A DNA stretch of 21,486 bases from Occultella glacieicola (GTDB lineage Bacteria > Actinomycetota > Actinomycetes > Actinomycetales > Beutenbergiaceae). Location: the NCBI RefSeq assembly GCF_004353825.1, contig NZ_SMNA01000005.1:496001-517486 (forward strand), given 5' to 3'. Below the pieces are notes generated by a model that saw nothing but the letters and a program-made list of their open reading frames with translations, did no database searches and was not told where the DNA came from. Made by a program: the position numbers and the translations under genes. Numbering within the stretch: position 1 is the stretch's first letter; each line of letters starts with the position of its first letter. Below are positions 15,074-21,486 of this stretch, piece after piece.

Positions 15074-17770
15074 CTACTTCTTGGCAGTCGTCTTCTTCGC
15101 GGGCGCCTTGCGGGTCGTGGTCACCCGCCGGGCGGGCTTCTTCGCCGGGCCCTTCGCCCGCTTCTCGGCGATGAGTTCGTAGGCACGCTCGGCGGTCAGG
15201 GACTCGACCGGGTCGTCCTTGCGCAGGGTCGCGTTCGTGGTGCCGTCGGTGACGTACGCGCCGAACCTGCCGTCCTTGACCACGACGGGCTTACCGGAGA
15301 CCGGGTCCTCGCCGAACTCCTTGAGCGGCGGGGCAGCGGTGGCCCCGCGGCCGCGCTTGGGCTGGGCGTAGATCTCCAGCGCCTGCTCGAGGGTGACATC
15401 GAAGATCTGGTCCTCGGTCGCGAGGGAGCGGGAGTCGGTGCCCTTCTTCAGGTAGGGCCCGTACCGGCCGTTCTGGGCCGTGATCTCGGCGCCGGACTCC
15501 GGGTCCGTGCCGACGACGCGGGGCAGCGACAGCAGTTTCAGAGCCGTGTCCAGGTCGACGGTGTTCAGGTCCATGTCCTTGAACAGCGACGACGTCCGCG
15601 GCTTCGGCTTGGCCGCCTTCTTGGCGCCCTTCTTCGGAGCCCCGTCCTCGGCCGACTCGGGCAGCACTTCGGTCACGTACGGGCCGTAGCGGCCGGACCG
15701 GGCCACGATCTGGTGGCCGCTCTCGGGGTCGGTGCCGAGCTCCCGGTCGCCGTCGCCACCGGACTCGAGGAGGTCGGTGGCCCTGGCGAGGGTGAGCTCG
15801 TCCGGGGCGATGTCGTCCGGGACGGTCGCGCGCCTGGCCTCGCCGCCCCCGGTCTCGGGCGGGGCCTCGATGTAGGGGCCGTACCGGCCGACCCGCAGCA
15901 CGATGTCGTTGCCGAGGGGGATCGAGTTGATCTCCCGTGCGTCGATCTCCCCGAGGTCCTCGACCTGGTCCTTGAGCCCCTCCTCGCCGTCGTGGCCGAA
16001 GTAGAAGCCGGTCAGCCAGTCCACCCGGTCCGCCTCGCCCGCGGCGATCCGGTCCAGGTCGGACTCCATGGCGGCGGTGAAGTCGTAGTCGACGAGCCGC
16101 GGGAAGTGCTCCTCGAGCAGGCGCACCACGGAGAAGGCGAGCCAGCTCGGCACCAGGGCCTGACCGCGGCGCAACACGTAGCCGCGGTCGGTGATCACGC
16201 CGATCGTGGCCGCGTACGTCGACGGCCGACCGATGCCACGCTCCTCGAGCGCCTTGACCAGGCTCGCCTCGGTGTACCGGGGCGGCGGCGAGGTCTCGTG
16301 ACCGTCCGCGACCAGTTCCTCGGTGGTGACGCCGTCACCGACCTGCAGGTCCGGCAGCCGGGCGTCCTTGGCGTCGCGGTCCTCGTAGCGCTCGACGTCG
16401 CGGCCCTCCTCGTACGCGGCGAGGAACCCGCGGAACGTGATGACCGTGCCGGACGCCGCGAACTCGGCGTCGCGCCCATCGGACGCCGTCGTGCCCAGGC
16501 GGATGGACGCCGTCGACCCCTTGGCGTCCGCCATCTGCGAGGCGACGGTGCGCTTCCAGATCAGTTCGTACAGGCGGAACTGGTCTCCGGAGAGCTCGCG
16601 GGAGACCTGGGCGGGGGTGCGGAAGGAGTCACCGGCGGGGCGGATCGCCTCGTGGGCCTCCTGCGCACCCTTGGACGTCGTCGCGTACACCCGTGGCTTG
16701 GCCGGGATGTACTCGGCGCCGTACAGCTCGGTCGCCTGCTTGCGGGCGGCCGCGACGGCCTGTCCGGACAGCGCCGAGGAGTCGGTCCGCATGTACGTGA
16801 TGTACCCGTTCTCATACAGGGTCTGCGCCGTGCGCATCGCCTGCCGGGAGTTCATCCGGAGCTTGCGGGAGGCCTCCTGCTGCAGCGTGGAGGTGGTGAA
16901 CGGTGCCGCAGGGCGCCGGGTGTAGGGCTTCTCCTCGACGGAGCGCACCTGCACCTGGCAGCCCTCGAGCGCGGTGACCAGGCCGCGCGCGTCGGCCTCG
17001 GTGAGCTGCACGGCGGCGCGGGTGCGAAGCACCCCGTCGTCACCGAAGTCCTTCCCGGTGGCCACGCGGGCGCCGTCGACGGCCACCAGCCGGGCCCCGA
17101 ACGAGGTGCCGGCGGTCTGCCCACGGCCGCCCGTGAACGTGCCCTTGATGTCCCAGTACTCCGCGCTGCGGAACGCCATCCGCTCCCGCTCGCGCTCGAC
17201 CACCAAGCGGGTGGCCACGGACTGCACCCGGCCCGCGCTCAGGCCCTGGCGGACCTTGCGCCACAGCACCGGGGACACCTCGTACCCGTACAGCCGGTCG
17301 AGCAGGCGCCGGGTCTCCTGGGCGTCGACGAGCCGGGTGTCCAGGTCCCGAGTGGTCTCCAGGGCGCGCTGGATCGCCTCGCGGGTGATCTCGTGGAACA
17401 CCATCCGCTTGACCGGGACCTTCGGCTCGAGGACCTCGAGCAGGTGCCAGGCGATGGCTTCGCCCTCGCGGTCCTCATCGGTGGCGAGGTAGAGCTCGTC
17501 GGCGCCCTTCAGGAGCTTCTTGAGCTCGGCGACCTTCTTCTTCTTGTCCGCGTCCACCACGTAGTAGGGGTCGAACCCGTTGTCCACGTCGATCGCGAAC
17601 TTCTTGTACGGCCCCTTCTTCATCTCGGCGGGCAGCTCGGAGGGCTGCGCCAGGTCCCGGATGTGACCCACGCTGGCCTCGACGTCGAAGTCGGACCCCA
17701 GGTAGCCGGCGATGGTGCGAGCCTTCGCCGGGGACTCGACGATGACCAGCCTGCGTTGGGGTGTGGTCAC
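15074..17770 (-). CDS. topA: DNA topoisomerase I (type IA, actinobacterial)
   Basis: LVIVESPAKA, SVGHIRDL, LATDEDREGEAIAWHL, SAGRVQS, GYITYMRTDS (catalytic Tyr), AQEAHEAIRP, GRYGPY C-terminal repeats, Lys-rich tail; GTG 17770 with GAAGGAAGG upstream. Confidence 0.98.
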   Translation of the reverse strand: MTTPQRRLVIVESPAKARTIAGYLGSDFDVEASVGHIRDLAQPSELPAEMKKGPYKKFAIDVDNGFDPYYVVDADKKKKVAELKKLLKGADELYLATDEDREGEAIAWHLLEVLEPKVPVKRMVFHEITREAIQRALETTRDLDTRLVDAQETRRLLDRLYGYEVSPVLWRKVRQGLSAGRVQSVATRLVVERERERMAFRSAEYWDIKGTFTGGRGQTAGTSFGARLVAVDGARVATGKDFGDDGVLRTRAAVQLTEADARGLVTALEGCQVQVRSVEEKPYTRRPAAPFTTSTLQQEASRKLRMNSRQAMRTAQTLYENGYITYMRTDSSALSGQAVAAARKQATELYGAEYIPAKPRVYATTSKGAQEAHEAIRPAGDSFRTPAQVSRELSGDQFRLYELIWKRTVASQMADAKGSTASIRLGTTASDGRDAEFAASGTVITFRGFLAAYEEGRDVERYEDRDAKDARLPDLQVGDGVTTEELVADGHETSPPPRYTEASLVKALEERGIGRPSTYAATIGVITDRGYVLRRGQALVPSWLAFSVVRLLEEHFPRLVDYDFTAAMESDLDRIAAGEADRVDWLTGFYFGHDGEEGLKDQVEDLGEIDAREINSIPLGNDIVLRVGRYGPYIEAPPETGGGEARRATVPDDIAPDELTLARATDLLESGGDGDRELGTDPESGHQIVARSGRYGPYVTEVLPESAEDGAPKKGAKKAAKPKPRTSSLFKDMDLNTVDLDTALKLLSLPRVVGTDPESGAEITAQNGRYGPYLKKGTDSRSLATEDQIFDVTLEQALEIYAQPKRGRGATAAPPLKEFGEDPVSGKPVVVKDGRFGAYVTDGTTNATLRKDDPVESLTAERAYELIAEKRAKGPAKKPARRVTTTRKAPAKKTTAKK

Positions 17771-18075
17771 ACGGACCTTCCTTCTGGAGTTCGCGCTCGT
17801 CGGTTCCGGGGCGCGGATCGGGGGACACTGCGGCTCGACGGTACATCGTCCTTCGGCGAATCGTCGCGGATCCTCACCCGGCAGGGCCCTGCTGGGCCCG
17901 TTGCCCGCTGGTCGGATCGTCACATCACGCACCTTGACCACTCACCCGCGGGTGAGCGCGGTACCGCCGCTGGGACGAGGGTACCTCCCGTGGCCGGGGG
18001 TGCCGGATCGCGTCCCCCTCGCGACGTCGATCCCGTCCGGCGGTGGCCCCGCCCGCGACCGTGCTCGGGCGCCGA

Positions 18076-18972
18076 CTACGAGCCCGCCGACTCCGCCCTG
18101 TGGTGCGGGCGCATCGCGAGCATCGCGAGCGTGGCCACCGAGGAGGCCGCGATCACCGAGAAGCAGGAGCCGACGTACGCGAGCACCTCCCCGCCGCGGG
18201 TTTCGACCGGCACGTTGAGGGCCGTGAACACGCCGATCCCGACGCCCACCAGCCCGGTGGCCGCGGCGACGGCGCTGAGCAGCGTGAGCGCGTTCGCCGG
18301 GGGCGCGCCACGGTAGCCACGGGGCAGCGACCGGCGGCGCACCGAACGGGCCGCCTCGATGATGAAGTACCAGAAGGCGGCGACGGCGAACGCGGCCACC
18401 ACGTCGGACGGCCGGTGCCAGCCGCCCACCATCGTGGCCAGGCCGGTCGCGGCCGCGTAGGCGGCGCCGCCGATGGCGACCGGCCCACGCCAGCGGTGCG
18501 GTGCGATCAGCAGGGCCGTCGCGGCCACCGAGGCCGCGACCGTGGTGTGCCCGGACGGCAGCGAGTTCGACAGCGCCAGGGTGACGCCGAGGTCGGGACG
18601 GTCCAGACTCACCTTGAGCACCTGCGTGGTCACGTTCGCGCCGACGAGCAGGAGCGCGGCCGCCCCAGCGATCGACCAGCGTCGCTGCACCACCGCGATC
18701 ACGACGGCGGCGAGGACCGCCCCGGCGACGAACGGCACCGAGACCACGTCCAGGATCGGCTGCATCACCTGGCTCAGCGTGATCCGCCCGAAGTCCGCGC
18801 CGGTGAGGGCGGCGTCGTCGATCAGTTGCCCGAGCCGGGTCGTGACGAAGAACCACCAGGTGCCCAGGAGTACCGCCGCCGACACGAGCGCAGCGGTCAA
18901 CGGGGCGGTCAGCCCGCGCCTGCCACGCTCGGCGAGCGGCGCCGGGGGTGGGGCCGTGGTCACAGCAGACAT
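18076..18972 (-). CDS. PAP2 family membrane phosphatase
   Basis: LKVSLDRP, SLPSGH, GWHRPSDV motifs and several hydrophobic segments; ATG 18972 lies 5 nt after TACCGT. Confidence 0.9.
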   Translation of the reverse strand: MSAVTTAPPPAPLAERGRRGLTAPLTAALVSAAVLLGTWWFFVTTRLGQLIDDAALTGADFGRITLSQVMQPILDVVSVPFVAGAVLAAVVIAVVQRRWSIAGAAALLLVGANVTTQVLKVSLDRPDLGVTLALSNSLPSGHTTVAASVAATALLIAPHRWRGPVAIGGAAYAAATGLATMVGGWHRPSDVVAAFAVAAFWYFIIEAARSVRRRSLPRGYRGAPPANALTLLSAVAAATGLVGVGIGVFTALNVPVETRGGEVLAYVGSCFSVIAASSVATLAMLAMRPHHRAESAGS

Positions 18973-19177
18973 ACTCCACGGTAACCACGGCGCGTGGCGA
19001 GAAACCGCGCCGAGGTGCGCGCGGGAGGTGAGGCTCGTGTGCAGATCCGTCGGGACGGGGTCGGACGTCGGGCGTCGGGCCGTGTCGCGATCCGGCGTCT
19101 CGGGCACCCAATTGCCGACCTGGCACGGCCGCGTCGACCGGGGCACGGCCGCACGCTCGAAGCGCGCGTCGTCAACT

Positions 19178-19287
19178 CCGAGCACCCCAACGCTGGGCGA
19201 GCGGACTTCGACCGGCTCGCTCCGCCGTCGTCCCCCGAGCACCCCAGCCCCGGGCGAACGAACCTCGATCGGCCCGCCCCGCCGTCG
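19178..19287. repeat. Imperfect direct repeat, 2 x 53 bp, 57-bp period
   Basis: 19178-19230 vs 19235-19287: 44/53 identical by manual alignment. Confidence 0.9.
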
Positions 19288-19292
19288 ACGGT

Positions 19293-20828
19293 TCAGTCCG
19301 GCAGGAGGACCAGGCCGTCGAGGACCAGACCACGGACGTCCGGCAGCACGCCCGCGAGCACGTCGGCCGGGCGGGTGTCGGTGAGCACGGCCACGCCCGC
19401 GGCGATCTGGCCGACGGTGAGTTCGCCGTCGCTCGCCCCGACCACGGCCGCCAGCGCCGTGTCGGCACGCACGGTGCGCGCGAGCCCGCCGCCCTGGCGC
19501 AACACGATCACCTGCGGGTCGGCCTGACCCGGTGTGTAGTGCCGCTCCTCGGTGACGTCGCCGGCCACGTGCAGCCGTTGGTCGGCGAGTTCGTGGTCGT
19601 CGAGGTCGGCGAGTCGGTCCTTGGCGCGCAGGGTCGCCGCGATCGCGGGCCACAGCGTCGGCGCGAGCGTGCCGGTGATCTCCTCGCACCGGTGCCATGA
19701 CCCGGTGGACCGCTCGGGCCTGTGCAGGGTCACATAGCCGAACCCGACGGCGTCCACTCCCCTGGCTTCGAAGTCGTCCAGCCAGGCGGTGTAGCCGCGC
19801 CGCCAGGCCTCAGGGTCGCGGTCGGGTGTGGTGCCGCCGTCGCGCAACCAGGTCTCGGCGTACTCGGCGGGGTCGGTGTACTCGCGCTGGATGACCCAAC
19901 CGTCGAGTCCGCTGTCGGTGAGCCACTGCTGGACGCGGTCGAAGATGCCCTCGCCGCGGTGGACCTCCCAGTTGGCGAGGAACTGGCTGGTGCCGCCGGG
20001 CGCCAGGATCCGGCCCACACCCGTGATCAGGTCACGCACGAGATCGTCGCCGCGGCGCCCGCCGTCGCGATAGGTGTAGGTCTCCAGAGCCGAGGTCGCC
20101 TCGAACTCGGTGCGGGGTGTGATGACGAACGGTGGGTTGGAGACCACGAGGTCGAACTGCTCCCCCTCCACCGGATCCAGCATCGAGCCCTGGCGCAGAT
20201 CGATCGTGTAACCGTTCAGGGCGGCGTTGAACGCGGCGAAGTCGAGGGCTGCGCGGGAGATGTCCGTGCCGACCACCGTCTGGGCGAAGCCGGCCAGGTT
20301 GAGCGCCTGGATGCCGCTGCCGGTGCCCAGGTCCAGTGCCCGCGCGACGGGCGTGCGCACGGTGAGCTCGGCGAGGGTGCGCGAGGCACCGCCGATGCCG
20401 AGGACGTGCTCGGCCCCGACCGCGGCGCCCGTAGTTGCCTCACCGAGGTCGGCGGCCAGCCAGAGGCCACCACCGGAGGTGTCGACCGGTCGCAGGTCGA
20501 CCCGGGCCCTGACCTGGTCGCCCGGTCCGTCGCCCGAGGCGGCCAGCAGCCCGAGCCGGGCGGCGCCGGACACGCCGAGGGCGCCGAGCGCGCCCTTCGC
20601 CTCGGCGACCGTGACCTCGTCCCCGAGCACGAACAGCCGGGCCAGGACGGCGGCCGGGTCGTCGGTCCTGCGGGCCGTTCGGATCGCCGGGAGGACCTGC
20701 TCGCGCGACATCGCGGACATCGCGACGTCTCCGAGGACCCCGGCGAGGGTGTCGACGTCGTAGTGGCTGCGCTCCAGAGCCGCTCGCAACAGTTCGATCT
20801 GGTGGGCCGGACCGCCGATGCCTGTCAC
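19293..20828 (-). CDS. Class I SAM-dependent methyltransferase with NPPF motif (PrmC/MTS-like core plus extra N- and C-terminal domains)
   Basis: ALDLGTGSGIQAL, GTDIS, FDLVVSNPPFVI, YRDGG; start set at GTG 20828, 7 nt after TACGAT, giving 511 aa. Confidence 0.88.
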   Translation of the reverse strand: MTGIGGPAHQIELLRAALERSHYDVDTLAGVLGDVAMSAMSREQVLPAIRTARRTDDPAAVLARLFVLGDEVTVAEAKGALGALGVSGAARLGLLAASGDGPGDQVRARVDLRPVDTSGGGLWLAADLGEATTGAAVGAEHVLGIGGASRTLAELTVRTPVARALDLGTGSGIQALNLAGFAQTVVGTDISRAALDFAAFNAALNGYTIDLRQGSMLDPVEGEQFDLVVSNPPFVITPRTEFEATSALETYTYRDGGRRGDDLVRDLITGVGRILAPGGTSQFLANWEVHRGEGIFDRVQQWLTDSGLDGWVIQREYTDPAEYAETWLRDGGTTPDRDPEAWRRGYTAWLDDFEARGVDAVGFGYVTLHRPERSTGSWHRCEEITGTLAPTLWPAIAATLRAKDRLADLDDHELADQRLHVAGDVTEERHYTPGQADPQVIVLRQGGGLARTVRADTALAAVVGASDGELTVGQIAAGVAVLTDTRPADVLAGVLPDVRGLVLDGLVLLPD

Positions 20829-20872
20829 GACGGTGATCGTAACGGTGCATGGAGTCGTCACCGATTTGGCTG

Positions 20873-20914
20873 CAGGTCGGTCGCCATAGATCGGTCGCCA
20901 CAGATCGGTCACCT
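20873..20914. repeat. Tandem repeat 3 x 14 bp
   Basis: CAGGTCGGTCGCCA / TAGATCGGTCGCCA / CAGATCGGTCACCT. Confidence 0.9.
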
Positions 20915-21019
20915 CAAGTCCGCGGCAGCATGCGCCTAGCGGCGAGTGCTTCGCAGCGGGGCGAGGCCGTGCTGCAGCGCGAGCATCGCCTGTCGCGAGG
21001 TCGGGCGGCGGGCGCCGAA

Positions 21020-21101
21020 CCTGTGGATAGGGAGTCATCGGGCGCCATCCGCGACCCATCACGACCACTTACGAGTGCACCGGAATCCTTGTATCCACAA
21101 G
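21020..21101. promoter_or_regulatory. Inverted pair of DnaA-box-like 9-mers
   Basis: TGTGGATAG (21022-21030) and GTATCCACA (21091-21099), each 8/9 to TTATCCACA and in opposite orientation. Confidence 0.55.
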
Positions 21102-21120
21102 GGAAATCCGGGATCTGGCG

Positions 21121-21143
21121 TTGTCGGTGGGGTGTTCTAGGGT
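21121..21143 (+). promoter_or_regulatory. RecA-NDp / PafBC-type DNA-damage promoter
   Basis: TTGTCGGTG - 8 nt - TAGGGT, an exact match to the mycobacterial consensus tTGTCRgtg-N8-TAnnnT. Confidence 0.8.
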
Positions 21144-21152
21144 GGGACCAGA

Positions 21153-21168
21153 TCGAACATCCGTCCGA
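21153..21168. promoter_or_regulatory. LexA (SOS) box
   Basis: TCGAAC-ATCC-GTCCGA, one mismatch to the actinobacterial TCGAAC-N4-GTTCGA, just downstream of the predicted transcription start. Confidence 0.7.
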
Positions 21169-21201
21169 GCCTGATCGGCACTCGCGGGGAGGTGAGCATC
21201 C

Positions 21202-21486
21202 ATGGACGACACCACAACCACCGGCACCGGCACCGGGGCCGGTGGTGTGTCGGGTGTGGGTGTGGCGCTCGCGTCCCGTGCGCATCTGCCCCTGAGTGAG
21301 CTGCTGACCGGTTCCCTGGAGGACCAGCTTGTCGCGTTGGAGGCGTTGACCGCGACGATCAATCTTGTCGATCCGGTCGAGGAGTCCGATCGGTACGGGT
21401 CCAGGTTCCTGGGTGGGGCTGCGGCCCGCGCTCACAGGGTCACCGAGGCCCTGACCGGTGCGGTGCTGGACTGGATGGGCGCCGAG
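21202..21486 (+). CDS. 5' part of a protein, probably DUF222 / HNH endonuclease (13E12-repeat-like); truncated by the window
   Basis: Not in the ORF track. GGAGGTGA at 21188-21195, ATG 21202, 95 open codons MDDTTTTGTGTGAGGVSGVG...LEDQLVALEALTATINL...AAARAHRVTEALTGAVLDWMGAE. The CDS is well supported; the family is inferred only from promoter architecture and the helical N-terminus. Confidence 0.6.
   Translation, partial: MDDTTTTGTGTGAGGVSGVGVALASRAHLPLSELLTGSLEDQLVALEALTATINLVDPVEESDRYGSRFLGGAAARAHRVTEALTGAVLDWMGAE

Noticed and set aside
18973..19698. 540-aa PAP2 with a long N-terminal extension
   Set aside because: Start at 19698 lies inside the methyltransferase in another frame with Arg-rich nonsense; leaderless ATG 18972 is more plausible.
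19178..20914. Repeats at 19178-19287 and 20873-20914 as CRISPR arrays
   Set aside because: Only 2-3 units, no unique spacers, no cas genes.
21020..21101. Replication origin
   Set aside because: Only two imperfect DnaA boxes, no AT-rich unwinding element, no dnaA/dnaN.

Overview
High-GC actinobacterial chromosome segment (Micrococcales-like). The core block, all on the minus strand, is methyltransferase - PAP2 - topA - [Gfo/Idh/MocA, BadF-type kinase, and an opposite-strand GT1 glycosyltransferase] - tmk - holB - TAP-like lipoprotein peptidase - tRNA-Thr(CGT). Downstream of the tRNA lies an accessory region: an alpha/beta hydrolase, and a LacI regulator divergent from a sugar-utilisation operon (GH127, Zn-dependent dehydrogenase, Gfo/Idh/MocA oxidoreductase, and a Tat-lipoprotein ABC solute-binding protein that the ORF track misses and the left edge truncates). 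At the right edge an unlisted plus-strand CDS starts at 21202, probably a DUF222/HNH-type gene. It sits behind a dense regulatory cassette: an exact RecA-NDp/PafBC-type promoter, a LexA SOS box, an inverted pair of DnaA-box-like 9-mers and a 3x14-bp tandem repeat. Other points: a cysteine-free (zinc-module-less) HolB, five apparently leaderless core genes, a palindrome cluster upstream of topA, and a 57-bp-period intergenic duplication with synonymous-looking substitutions. All calls come from reading motifs by eye; no database searches were run.
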